From an uncultured Peptococcaceae bacterium (GTDB taxonomy: Bacteria > Bacillota > Dehalobacteriia > UBA4068 > UBA4997): 64,000 bases of DNA. The stretch covers positions 126,860 to 190,859 of the forward strand of contig CBCTTQ010000001.1 in assembly GCA_965149945.1 (NCBI GenBank), in the 5' to 3' direction. Position 1 is the stretch's first letter. Every line of letters begins with the position of its first letter. The notes beneath the pieces are model-generated. The model ran no database searches and had not been told where the DNA came from. It was given only the letters and a program-made list of their open reading frames with translations. This document shows positions 28,681-38,247 of the stretch, piece by piece. The position numbers and the translations under genes were made by a program.

Positions 28681-29358
28681 TTATTCCGTGTACTCAAATT
28701 TATACCCGATGCCCCAAATGGTTTTGATGCAGCTGCGGTATTCACCGATGTTGCTGCGCAGCATTTTGATATGGGTATCTACGGTACGGTAATCTCCGCA
28801 ATAATCGTAGCCCCAAACATCCGCCAGCAGCTTGTCCCTGGAGAGCACCACACCGGCGTTTTGGCAGAGACAAAGAAGCAGGGCAAATTCTTTCGGCGTC
28901 AGTTCCAGCAGTTTGCCGTCCAGCCAGACATTTCGTCCGTGCTCGTCGATGACCAGTCCGCCGAACACCAGCTTTTCCTTTTTGTCCATGTTGGCTTCGC
29001 TGCATCGTTTCAAAAGAATTTTGATACGGGCGATCAATTCTCTGGGGCTGAAGGGTTTGACGATATAATCGTCGGCGCCCATTTCAAAGCCGTATAATTT
29101 ATCATATTCTTCTCCTCGGGCGGAGAGCATAATGACCGGTGTGCGTTTGGTTTTGCGAATTTCTCTCAGAACGCTCATGCCGTCCAGCTTGGGCATCATC
29201 ACATCCAGCACCACCAGGTCGAAATCATGTTCTTTCAGCAACTCAATCGCTTCAAATCCGTCGGTCGCTTCCATATAATCGTATCCTTCAAATTCCAGGT
29301 AATTGGTGACCACGTCTCTAATGCCGTCTTCGTCGTCGACAACTAAAATTCTTGTCAT
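28681..29358 (-). CDS. OmpR-family response regulator (REC plus winged-helix), no cognate histidine kinase adjacent
   Basis: ILVVDDEDGIRDV...DLVVLDVMMP has the phospho-acceptor aspartate, and a trans_reg_C domain follows. An RBS GGAGGGG lies upstream. Confidence 0.85.
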   Translation of the reverse strand: MTRILVVDDEDGIRDVVTNYLEFEGYDYMEATDGFEAIELLKEHDFDLVVLDVMMPKLDGMSVLREIRKTKRTPVIMLSARGEEYDKLYGFEMGADDYIVKPFSPRELIARIKILLKRCSEANMDKKEKLVFGGLVIDEHGRNVWLDGKLLELTPKEFALLLCLCQNAGVVLSRDKLLADVWGYDYCGDYRTVDTHIKMLRSNIGEYRSCIKTIWGIGYKFEYTE

Positions 29359-29866
29359 CTTAACACCCCTCCGATACGGAATTCTGCGAATCCGCGTGTT
29401 TCAGCGGCGGCAGAACCGCTGCCGCTGAAGAACACAACAGAAATTATTCCCTAATGTATTCCTTATTATACCCAAATCTGACAAAAAAGGATAGCAATTA
29501 CACAAAAGTTTCATTCTTTTTTGTGTCTGTTACCAATTATGACGAGGGGTTTTTCACTCTTTTATCATAAAGAAAAAAGAATCCTGTCTCCATCTGGAAA
29601 AAACAAGCATATTTTTCCGGAGAACGGATAGACTGTAACATAAAGGTGAAAAGAAACACAATCGGCGCCGTGAAGAATTTGTAAATGGGAAAAAAACGAA
29701 TTTAAGATACAAAAACGCCGCGGTGAAAAACGAACGGAAATCGAATCTGAAAACAAAAAGCGGTCACTTGAAACGTCGAAAAAGAAAATCGAAAAATGAA
29801 AAAAGCGGAAAGAAAAAAAGTCGGAGCTGAAAATTATGAAGAAAAGAAGAGGTTGGAGTTGAAAAT

Positions 29867-30430
29867 ATGAAGAAATTTTTATCCGGATCTTGGAAAAAAA
29901 AGTTACTGCTGACAGCGGGGACGGTTTTGATTTTTGCCGCCGCTTGGTTGGGTCGCCCCATGGAGCTGCACGCCGAATCGGAAGTGTTGCAGTCTCTTTC
30001 TCTCACCGATGATTCCGCCGTCGCGGAAGAAGAGGCCGCCCATTGGCAGCCTCTTTTCGCAAGCCCTCTTTCCGGTGTGATCACCTGTCCGTTTGGCTAT
30101 CGGCAAAGCGGCTTTCATCATGGATTGGATATTGCCAACGAATGGGGCACTAAAATCGGCGCCATTGCTGCCGGTACCGTGGTAGAAGCCGGTTGGAAAA
30201 GTTCTGTTTACGGCTATGCTGTTTTGTTAGATCACGGAAATGGCTGGCAAAGTTTGTATGCTCATTGCGGGATGCTGACGGTGGAAGTCGGTGATCGAGT
30301 GGAGACGGGTCAGGTGATCGCCGTTGAGGGCAGCACCGGACGTTCCACCGGTCCTCATCTCCATTTGGAAATCCGCAAAGACGGGGTGTATCTGAACCCG
30401 GCGGATTTGATTGAGGTGCCGTCTGTTTGA
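29867..30430 (+). CDS. M23-family peptidase (LytM domain), secreted
   Basis: A signal peptide precedes HHGLDIA...GYAVLLDHGNGW...GSTGRSTGPHLHLEIR, the HxxxD / HxH Zn ligands. Confidence 0.85.
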   Translation: MKKFLSGSWKKKLLLTAGTVLIFAAAWLGRPMELHAESEVLQSLSLTDDSAVAEEEAAHWQPLFASPLSGVITCPFGYRQSGFHHGLDIANEWGTKIGAIAAGTVVEAGWKSSVYGYAVLLDHGNGWQSLYAHCGMLTVEVGDRVETGQVIAVEGSTGRSTGPHLHLEIRKDGVYLNPADLIEVPSV

Positions 30431-30508
30431 GACGGTGCCTTTTGCCGGCCGTTTTGCGATTTGTGAGTATGAGCGACTTTGCGAAACCGCCCTGGTCTCC
30501 GGTTAAAA

Positions 30509-30537
30509 TTGACTTTTGACCGCGGGTATGTTATCAT
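30509..30537 (+). promoter_or_regulatory. sigma-A promoter (TTGACT-17-TGnTATCAT) for the leader and Mef-like transporter
   Basis: The -35 lies at 30509 and the extended -10 at 30529-30537. Confidence 0.55.
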
Positions 30538-30569
30538 AGAGAAAATTCTGGAGAAGGGGAGGTGGCTTG

Positions 30570-30587
30570 ATGTTGTCTATTCGCTGA
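30570..30587 (+). CDS. 5-codon leader peptide ORF (MLSIR) with a strong RBS, candidate regulatory uORF of the efflux gene
   Basis: AAGGGGAGGTG is followed by 5 nt, then ATG TTG TCT ATT CGC TGA. It is the first start after the transcription start site. Confidence 0.4.
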   Translation: MLSIR

Positions 30588-30856
30588 ACAAGGGACAATA
30601 AAGAAACGAAAATGGGTTTTGCTCATCATTTTGTGATGGGTTTTTTGTCATACTGTTTTGGCGGATAGCTTTATTGAATCGATTTTCTCAAGCGTTTTCG
30701 AACGTTTGTTGTTTTGTGTGCTTTTTATGCCCATGATAGGGAGGAAAAAGAGGCGCCAAAGGCAGTGTGCGGATGACCGATTTTTGTGGGTTGTCTGTTT
30801 TTTTATTGTCCTTTTTAAGAGCAGAGACAGTTTATTTGACAGAAAGGACATAAAAA

Positions 30857-32080
30857 ATGCTTGAGAAAAATAAATGGAAACGTGACTTTCTATTGGTTGC
30901 TTTGGGACAGGCTGTTTCGATGCTGGGCAGCCATGGTGTTCAGTTTGCTTTGATTTGGTGGCTTGCGGAAAAAACCTCTTCGCCGCTGATGTTGGGGATA
31001 GCGGGAATTGTTGCCTGTCTTCCCATGGTTTTGCTCAGTCCGCTTGCCGGCATCGCGGCGGATCGTTGTTCCCGAAAATTTATTTCTGTTTTTTCGGATA
31101 TGGCGATGGGGACAATCGCGCTGCTTTACGCGATAGGGTTAAGCCTGTTTGAATTGCCCGTATGGACGGCGCTGATCATGCTTTGCGCGCGCGGAGTCGG
31201 CAGCGCTTTTCAGCAGCCTGCTGTTCAATCCATCATCCCTCAGCTTGTGCCGAAAGATCAATTGGTCAAGACAAACGGTTGGATGCAGCTTTTGAGTTCG
31301 GGTTCTTTTTTGCTCGGACCGGTTATCGGCGCTTCCTTATATGCTGTTTTTCCGTTGTCTGTAGTTTTGCTGAGCGATGTGATCGGAGCGGCTTTGGCAA
31401 GTATTGCGCTGGGGGTTGTGAAAGTTCCCTCTCTCCCGAAGCAGACGAATTCCGCCAAAGGTAGCTTGGGCGCTGAAATCAAAGAAGGCATTGGGGTATT
31501 CCGGTCAGATCGGCGCCTTTTTTATCTCGTCTTCGCGGAAGCGCTTTGTATGTTTTTTTACGCGCCGCTGGCTTCTTTTTATCCTCTGATGACAAGTGAT
31601 TATTTTCATCGATCGGCAATGTACGGCAGCGCGGTGGAGCTGTCTTTCGCGATTGGAATGATTCTGACATCACTTTTCTTTGCTTTTGGCTGTCAGGTAA
31701 AAAGAAAAATCCGTGTTTCCTTTCTCGGTCTATGGGCAATGGGCGTTATGTCCGCGGTTTGCGGGATCATTCCGCCAACGGATATCGGTTGGTTTTGCTT
31801 CGCGGCGGCTTGCGCCGGTCTGGGCGCCGCGGGAAACATTCACGCGATTCCGCTGACAGCCTATATACAGGAGACGGTCGCTTCTGATAAAATGGGGCGC
31901 GCGTTTTCCGTTCTGACTTTGATTTCTTCCGCCGCCATGCCGATAGGGTTGCTGTTCAGCAGTCCCATCGCGGAACGGGTGGGGGTATCCGCCTGGTTTT
32001 TCATTTCGGGAATTTGTATGCTTGGGCTGACGGCCGCTGTTGTTCTGCGCGCCGTAGCGGCGGAGAAAACACGCGGATGA
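30857..32080 (+). CDS. MFS transporter of the Mef/EntS-like (MFS_3) family, putative macrolide/drug efflux
   Basis: The N-terminus KNKWKRDFLLVALGQAVSMLGSHGVQFALIWWL matches the recalled Mef(A) NWKRKFYAIWAGQAVSLIGS..VQFAIIWWL pattern. It has 12 TM segments. Its SD AAAGGA sits inside a hairpin. Confidence 0.8.
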   Translation: MLEKNKWKRDFLLVALGQAVSMLGSHGVQFALIWWLAEKTSSPLMLGIAGIVACLPMVLLSPLAGIAADRCSRKFISVFSDMAMGTIALLYAIGLSLFELPVWTALIMLCARGVGSAFQQPAVQSIIPQLVPKDQLVKTNGWMQLLSSGSFLLGPVIGASLYAVFPLSVVLLSDVIGAALASIALGVVKVPSLPKQTNSAKGSLGAEIKEGIGVFRSDRRLFYLVFAEALCMFFYAPLASFYPLMTSDYFHRSAMYGSAVELSFAIGMILTSLFFAFGCQVKRKIRVSFLGLWAMGVMSAVCGIIPPTDIGWFCFAAACAGLGAAGNIHAIPLTAYIQETVASDKMGRAFSVLTLISSAAMPIGLLFSSPIAERVGVSAWFFISGICMLGLTAAVVLRAVAAEKTRG

Positions 32081-32233
32081 GCGTAACCAAAAGAGGGAAG
32101 TTTGTTTGGTTAATTGCTCGCGCTTTAAAGAGAGTCGGATAATGCCCGCTCGAAAAAACAGGAAACGCCTTTGCGAAGAAACCGTGATTATGAAAAGACC
32201 CGCTCGCTGAAAATCGGCGGGCGGGTCGTGGTT

Positions 32234-32968
32234 TTATTTATTGTTTTGCCAAACGGCGGAATAATAGCTGATTTTTTGCTGCTTCAATTCTTCTTTGAGA
32301 TGGGCGGGTTCTGCGGCGGAGGCGCAGATGCTTTGCCAAAAATCATCGGGCGTGGCGGCGTTGAAAAGCAACTCCGCCAAAAAACCCAGATATTCTTGCC
32401 TGTGATCGTTCCAGCTCAGACAGGTGAATTGTGCCTGTTCCAGTAGTTTTCGAATTTTTCCTTCTCCCATTAAATTCTGCATGCAGGTGAGAAGCGCCAG
32501 GTGTGGGGGCGGAACATCGGGTGTTTGGCTGTAAAGGTCGCTGAGCAGTAATTTGCCGTGTGGTTTCAGTACTCGGCGGATTTCCGCCAGAACCCGGGGT
32601 TTTTGAGGCAACAGACAAAAGACGCACTCTGCTGTCACCGCGTCAAAGACACTGTCTGCAAAGGGCAGCGTCTCCGCGTCTGCTACTTGCAGCGGCAAAT
32701 GAGGATTTTTCGCTAAAGCCGCCGTGACGGACTCCTTAGCGCAGTCCACACCCCATGCTTTGCAGCCCAAACGGCGCAAAAGCGCCACTGTCTGTCCCCG
32801 TCCGCAGCCTATATCCAGCACACGATCTCCGATGCGGATCTCGGCTTTTTGCAACAGTCCGCGGGTTAACGCCAAGCCGCCCGGCCGCAAAGGGGCTTCC
32901 TCATCCAGACCCAACAAATCCGGATGGTCATAAAGGGTGTTGAGGGGTGTTTGAGAATGGGCGGTCAT
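32234..32968 (-). CDS. class-I SAM-dependent methyltransferase
   Basis: VLDIGCGRGQTVALL is motif I with D...WGVD. The protein is 244 aa. Confidence 0.8.
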   Translation of the reverse strand: MTAHSQTPLNTLYDHPDLLGLDEEAPLRPGGLALTRGLLQKAEIRIGDRVLDIGCGRGQTVALLRRLGCKAWGVDCAKESVTAALAKNPHLPLQVADAETLPFADSVFDAVTAECVFCLLPQKPRVLAEIRRVLKPHGKLLLSDLYSQTPDVPPPHLALLTCMQNLMGEGKIRKLLEQAQFTCLSWNDHRQEYLGFLAELLFNAATPDDFWQSICASAAEPAHLKEELKQQKISYYSAVWQNNK

Positions 32969-33702
32969 GCTTCCTCTCCCCCCGCTTGGAGCAAAATTTC
33001 TCGCAGTTTTCGCAGATTGGCTTCCCGTTCTGCCGCTGTCAACGGCGGTTGAGTTTGGGTCGCTTCGTCCGTATGACTGAAGATGAGATCCAACATATGG
33101 CTGACGGGGATTTGGTGTTCCGCCAGAAAATCACGGCAGTTGTTGCAGTAGGTGACGATGGGCTTTTGGGCTGCCGCCGCTTCCTTTGCGAAAGTTTCCC
33201 GATAAGCTTCTTCCGTGGTGCAAGCGCGATAAGTCAGGACGGTATCTTCCGCCTCTTCATAGTTGCACATCAGCAGAATGTCCCGAATGTACATCTGCAT
33301 ATCAGCGTCTTCCTTGAAATACCAGGGGTCGAATACCAGCGCCGGTTTGAAATGGTTGCTGTGGGTATGGGGCGCCGGCGGCAGACCGTAATCCGCCAAA
33401 ATCTCCCAGTAAGAAGCCACTTTTTCTTTAGGTAGTTCCCGACAGGCTTTTTGGTAGAGACGAGCGTTGCCGATGATAAGACCGGGACGGTTCATGGCTT
33501 CCCATTGCCGCAGCAGTTTTTGCCACGCGTCCTCTTTGGTGTCGTCACCGCTGTGAAATAACAGTCCCGTTTGGTCCAGTCGTTTTTGCAGGTGTTCCAG
33601 CATGGGCAGGATATAGTCCGGGGTGTCGGTACCCCAGCGGGGATTGGGTAAAAAGAGAAAATGACAGCCCGCGGAGTCTTTTTTTATTTCTAATGGATTC
33701 AT
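32965..33702 (-). CDS. hypothetical protein (245 aa), translationally coupled (ATGA overlap) to the downstream methyltransferase
   Basis: An RBS AGGAGG lies upstream. No confidently recognised domain, though it is possibly DUF1638-like. Confidence 0.55.
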   Translation of the reverse strand: MNPLEIKKDSAGCHFLFLPNPRWGTDTPDYILPMLEHLQKRLDQTGLLFHSGDDTKEDAWQKLLRQWEAMNRPGLIIGNARLYQKACRELPKEKVASYWEILADYGLPPAPHTHSNHFKPALVFDPWYFKEDADMQMYIRDILLMCNYEEAEDTVLTYRACTTEEAYRETFAKEAAAAQKPIVTYCNNCRDFLAEHQIPVSHMLDLIFSHTDEATQTQPPLTAAEREANLRKLREILLQAGGEEA

Positions 33703-33993
33703 GACGATTCCTCCTGTTTTTCTTTTGCGCGTCGAGACGCTTTTCTTTCATTTTACCACATTTTTTTCGATTTGACACGATTTTTTTGCTTTCGGCGAAG
33801 AGTCCGCGTCCGGTTGTGTCGTGAAACCGCCCCGGGTTGTCGGTTTCGCGGGGTTTTGCCGCGTGCGGAAAACAGAAAACCCCGCCCGCCGTGTCGGGGC
33901 GGCTTGTGTGAACAGAGGAAAAATGATACAATAAAGGACAGAAATAAATAATAAAGGACAGGGAACAGGTTTGGAAAACGGAGGGTGTTTGTC

Positions 33994-35265
33994 ATGGTGA
34001 GAGTATTGTTTTCGCGCGGTTGCGGTGAATGGTTGGATTTTCCCCCTTTGCGGATGCTGGGACGATTGGGCAATGAATTGGTGGTCCCGGAAGAACGGGA
34101 ACTGATGCCGCTGCCGGAAGGCGCCACGCTGACTTTGGTACCCGGCCGTCATTGCGTCGGTCTGGACGAGCAGGGGAAGATGGTGTCTCTTTCTCTTAAT
34201 CCCTATGAACAAGAGGAGGAGGAGATTTTTGCTGTGGCGGCGTTGCTGCCCCAGGGCTTTACGCGTACTTTGCTGCCTGCCGTCACTGATCAAGGCCCGA
34301 CGTTGCCTATTTTGGGGTATACGGCAGTGGGCGTGGCGGACGACGGTACCCTGATGGTGGCGGCAGTCCAGACAGATGAGGACGACCGCTGGAACCCCCG
34401 CCATTACAATACGCCGGATTTGGAAGCGTTGGTGGCGGTTCGCCGGCGAGAATTTCCCCATAATCAATTGATTCGGCAATTAAGCAAATGCGCGCTGGAA
34501 TACGGCTGTTTTACGGCGCAAAACATCATGTACCGCCGTTTTGAGGGAGGATTGCCTGTTTCGCCCCATTGCAACGCCCGTTGTGTCGGCTGCCTTTCTT
34601 TGCAGGAAGGCGGCGACTGCGAATCGCCTCAGCAGCGGATTACCCAAGCTCCCGTTGCCGAGGAGGTGGCGGAGGTGGCCGTTGCCCATCTGAAAGGCGC
34701 CGCTCATCCCATTGTCAGCTTCGGTCAGGGCTGCGAGGGAGAACCCTGCCTGCAGTCGGAACTGATCAGTCGCGCCATTACGCTGATCCGAGCGGAAACG
34801 GAGCGAGGCACCGTCAACATGAACACCAATGCCGGGAGTTTCGACCATATGCGACGGATTATTGATGCCGGCATCGACAGCCTTCGGGTAAGCATGATCA
34901 GCGCTGTGCCGGCTCATTACGCCCGATACCATCGTCCCGTCAACTATACTTTTGAGGAGGTGCGCCGTTCTGTCGCTTATGCCAAAGACCATGGGGTTAA
35001 GGTGGCGGTGAATTACCTGGTTTACCCCGGTTTTAACGACCGCTTGAGCGAACTGGAGGCTATGGTGGATTTCTGTGAGACAGAAGCCATCGACCAAATT
35101 CAACTGCGTAATTTAAACATCGATCCCAAGATTATGACGGAACTGTACGGTGAGACGGAACAGGGACTGGGGGTGCCGGTCATGTTGGAAATCTTTCGGG
35201 AAAATCTTCCCTACACCGTTATCGGCAACTATTCTTATCCTGTGGATGAAAGTCCCAAGAGATAA
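33994..35265 (+). CDS. radical SAM domain protein with a ~190-aa N-terminal domain of unknown function
   Basis: CNARCVGC is a CX3CX2C motif, and a glycine-rich SAM motif VSFGQGCEGEP follows. An RBS GGAGGG lies 8 nt before ATG 33994. The ORF-track GTG at 33985 is too close to the RBS. Confidence 0.7.
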   Translation: MVRVLFSRGCGEWLDFPPLRMLGRLGNELVVPEERELMPLPEGATLTLVPGRHCVGLDEQGKMVSLSLNPYEQEEEEIFAVAALLPQGFTRTLLPAVTDQGPTLPILGYTAVGVADDGTLMVAAVQTDEDDRWNPRHYNTPDLEALVAVRRREFPHNQLIRQLSKCALEYGCFTAQNIMYRRFEGGLPVSPHCNARCVGCLSLQEGGDCESPQQRITQAPVAEEVAEVAVAHLKGAAHPIVSFGQGCEGEPCLQSELISRAITLIRAETERGTVNMNTNAGSFDHMRRIIDAGIDSLRVSMISAVPAHYARYHRPVNYTFEEVRRSVAYAKDHGVKVAVNYLVYPGFNDRLSELEAMVDFCETEAIDQIQLRNLNIDPKIMTELYGETEQGLGVPVMLEIFRENLPYTVIGNYSYPVDESPKR

Positions 35266-35360
35266 GAGAAGGAATTTCCCGCGGCGGGATGAAAAACGAG
35301 CGGAATGAAAAGCGAAAGAAGAAAAACTCAAAAAACTCAAAAAAAACTCGGCAAGACCTA

Positions 35361-35389
35361 TTTACAACCAAAATCTTCTGTGTTATAAT
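35361..35389 (+). promoter_or_regulatory. sigma-A promoter (TTTACA-17-TGtTATAAT) for rpmE
   Basis: Extended -10 with a 17-bp spacer. Confidence 0.6.
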
Positions 35390-35468
35390 GATTTGGTAAC
35401 AAAATGACCAGTTGGAGCAGGGTTGCCTGCTTGACGATAATTCCGTGAAAGAAAGAGGTGAAACGGAA

Positions 35469-35672
35469 ATGAAACAAGGGATTCATCCGAACTATCAACA
35501 GGTGGAAGTGACTTGTGCCTGCGGTAACAAATTTATGACCGGCTCCACCAAAAAGGAAATCAGAGTCGAAGTATGTTCTAAATGCCATCCTTACTACACG
35601 GGCAGCAAACGCCTGATGGTAGAACAGGGCGGTCGTGTTGATAAATTCAAAAAGAAATACGGACTCAAATAA
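35469..35672 (+). CDS. rpmE: 50S ribosomal protein L31
   Basis: [22 protein letters not shown]...[10 protein letters not shown] has the zinc-binding CxxC...CxxC motifs of L31. An RBS AGAGGTG lies upstream. Confidence 0.9.
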   Translation: MKQGIHPNYQQVEVTCACGNKFMTGSTKKEIRVEVCSKCHPYYTGSKRLMVEQGGRVDKFKKKYGLK

Positions 35673-35688
35673 GCAATGTCAGTCACCA

Positions 35689-35717
35689 AAGCGGCGAGTT
35701 TTTTCGCCGCTTTTTTC
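35689..35717 (+). terminator. Rho-independent terminator after rpmE
   Basis: aagcggcga-gtttttt-cgccgc is followed by a T run. Confidence 0.7.
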
Positions 35718-35925
35718 TGTGGGCAGCGTCTTGTTCATCTTCAGTACATCTTTTTTGGTTATACTATATGCTGTCTGGGGATTTCCGAAAAATCCTCTTG
35801 GCAGAGAAATGAAAATATGATATAATAATATATTGCGGTTGCGGCGGATTTTTGCGGGAACCGCAGTGATTGTGTACGGTGGAAGCTGTTTGAAAACAGC
35901 GAACAGAAACTGAGAAGGAGAAATT

Positions 35926-37014
35926 ATGAGCAAGAAAAAGGAAAAGCCCATTTATTACGGCGGTCAAGCGCTGATGGAAGGCGTCATGATGCAGGGAGGC
36001 GGCGGTTATTCCATGGCGGTGCGTACCGCCGACGGCAAAATTGTTTATAAAAACGGAAAACGCCAAACGGTAATGGATAAGCATAAAATTTGGCGGCTGC
36101 CCATTTTGCGGGGATTGGCTTCTTTTTGTTCTTCCCTGTATTTCGGTATGTCTTCTTTGGCATGGTCGGCTTTTTGGGCGGGGGATGACGAAGAGGAAAC
36201 CCTTTCTTGGAAAGAAATCGCTTTGGCCATTGTGCTGGCGCTGATTTTTTCTATCGGGTTATTTGTGGTGCTGCCGGTTTTTGTGGCCAATTTCTCTGTA
36301 GCGTATATCGGACATTTCGGTCGGAGTGTGCTGGAGGGGTTGCTGCGCATCGGGGTTTTTTTGCTTTATGTGGTGTTGATTCGTAAAATGCCCGACATCG
36401 CCCGCGTGTTTCAATATCATGGGGCGGAGCATAAAACCATCAGTACCAATGAGGCGGGCGATGATCTGACGGCGGCGGCGGCAAAAAAATACTCTACCAT
36501 TCATTGTCGCTGCGGCACCAGTTTTATTTTCATGACGTTGCTTATTATGATCGTCGTGTTTACTTTTATCGGCAACTACGGTGTTTTCGGTCGTATTTTA
36601 ACCAAAATTTTGGTTATGCCGGTGGTGTTCGGTATTTCTTATGAGGTGTTCCGTCTGCCTTTGCGTTTTCCGGACAGTAAGATTGTCAAGGCGCTCATTG
36701 CCCCCGGATTGGCCATGCAGAAACTGACTACCATGGAACCCGATGAAAAAATGCTGGAAGTGGGCATGACGGCTTTGATGACCGTGCCCGGTTTCCCGCG
36801 GGCAGGGGAATTTCCGCTGCCGGATAATGTGATGAGCGAAGAGGAATATAAAGTTTATCTGGAAGCCAAAGGAGCCGAAAAAGAAGCGGTAACCGGGGAA
36901 GCGACGGAGGATGAGACAGCGTGCTCCTCTTCCGAAACGACGGCGTCTGCGGATCAATCGGCGGCGGCCGCTCGAAAAAACGGCGGGGAACAGCCCCGTT
37001 TGGCAGGGGATTAG
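35926..37014 (+). CDS. DUF1385 family membrane protein (YqhQ-like), typical neighbour of prfA
   Basis: A ~360-aa protein with hydrophobic segments and a CRCG motif. An RBS AAGGAG lies upstream. Gene order rpmE-DUF1385-prfA is conserved in Firmicutes. Confidence 0.7.
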   Translation: MSKKKEKPIYYGGQALMEGVMMQGGGGYSMAVRTADGKIVYKNGKRQTVMDKHKIWRLPILRGLASFCSSLYFGMSSLAWSAFWAGDDEEETLSWKEIALAIVLALIFSIGLFVVLPVFVANFSVAYIGHFGRSVLEGLLRIGVFLLYVVLIRKMPDIARVFQYHGAEHKTISTNEAGDDLTAAAAKKYSTIHCRCGTSFIFMTLLIMIVVFTFIGNYGVFGRILTKILVMPVVFGISYEVFRLPLRFPDSKIVKALIAPGLAMQKLTTMEPDEKMLEVGMTALMTVPGFPRAGEFPLPDNVMSEEEYKVYLEAKGAEKEAVTGEATEDETACSSSETTASADQSAAAARKNGGEQPRLAGD

Positions 37015-37084
37015 CGAGGTATTTTTCCAAAATTTGTCGTGGAGTGCTGAGAAAAACGAAAAGGAAACATGAGGAGAGACAGGA

Positions 37085-38152
37085 ATGATTGAAAAATTAC
37101 AGGCATTGGCTGAAAAATACGATGAGCTGACGGAAAAAATTTCCGACCCGGAAGTCATCGCCGATCAGGCCAACTGGCAGAAATATATGAAACAGAGGGC
37201 GGAAATGGACGCGGTGGTAGAGACTTTTCGCCGTTATACCAAAACCAAAGAAGAATTGGAAGACGCCAAGGCTTTGGCGGCTGAGGAAACAGACGAGGAA
37301 ATGAAAGAATTGGCCTTGGCGGAGGCGGACAGTCTGAAAGAAAACATTGAAAACCTGGAACAGGAATTGAAAGTACTGCTGTTGCCGAAAGACCCCAATG
37401 ACGAAAAGAATGTTATTTTGGAGCTACGGGCAGGTACCGGCGGGGAAGAGGCAGGGTTGTTCGCCGGTGATTTGCTGAAAATGTATGAGCGTTACGCCGA
37501 CCGTATGGGTTGGAAATATGAGGTGCTGAGCGCTAATTATACCGATTTGGGCGGCATCAAGGAAATCATTTTGCTGGTGGAAGGCAAAGGCGCCTACAGC
37601 AAATTAAAATTTGAGGGCGGCGTCCATCGGGTGCAGCGGGTACCGGAAACAGAATCCGGCGGCCGCATCCATACCTCGGCGGCGACAGTGGCTGTTATGC
37701 CCGAAGCGGAAGAAGTGGAACTGGAATTCGGGCCTAACGACATTCGGGTAGATTTATTCTGTGCCAGCGGTCCCGGCGGTCAATGCGTCAACACCACCCA
37801 AAGCGCCGTGCGCCTGACCCATATTCCTACAGGCATCGTGGTCAGCTGCCAGGACGAAAAAAACCAACACAAAAACAAGGAAAAGGCGATGAAGATTTTG
37901 AGCGCTCGGGTTCTCGAAAAAATGCAGCGGGAAGCCCACGGCAGTGAGGCTGATTTGCGTAAAAGCATGGTGGGCAGCGGCGACCGTTCCGAGCGAATTC
38001 GCACATATAATTTCCCCCAGGGACGGGTGACGGATCATCGCATCGGCTTGACACTGCATAAACTGGAACAGATTTTGCAGGGGGATTTGGATGAGATCAT
38101 TGAAACGCTCATCACCACTGACCAGGCGGAACGCTTGAAATCTAACGAATAA
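37085..38152 (+). CDS. prfA: peptide chain release factor 1
   Basis: GGQ motif ([26 protein letters not shown]). PxT tripeptide not verified. 355 aa. Confidence 0.9.
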   Translation: MIEKLQALAEKYDELTEKISDPEVIADQANWQKYMKQRAEMDAVVETFRRYTKTKEELEDAKALAAEETDEEMKELALAEADSLKENIENLEQELKVLLLPKDPNDEKNVILELRAGTGGEEAGLFAGDLLKMYERYADRMGWKYEVLSANYTDLGGIKEIILLVEGKGAYSKLKFEGGVHRVQRVPETESGGRIHTSAATVAVMPEAEEVELEFGPNDIRVDLFCASGPGGQCVNTTQSAVRLTHIPTGIVVSCQDEKNQHKNKEKAMKILSARVLEKMQREAHGSEADLRKSMVGSGDRSERIRTYNFPQGRVTDHRIGLTLHKLEQILQGDLDEIIETLITTDQAERLKSNE

Positions 38153-38247
38153 AGGGCGCTGTATTTTGCGTGGAGGACAGCGGGAACGACACTCCGTTCC
38201 CGCTTTTTTTGTGAAAATAAAGATAGAAAGGCAAAAGGGAGAGCGGT

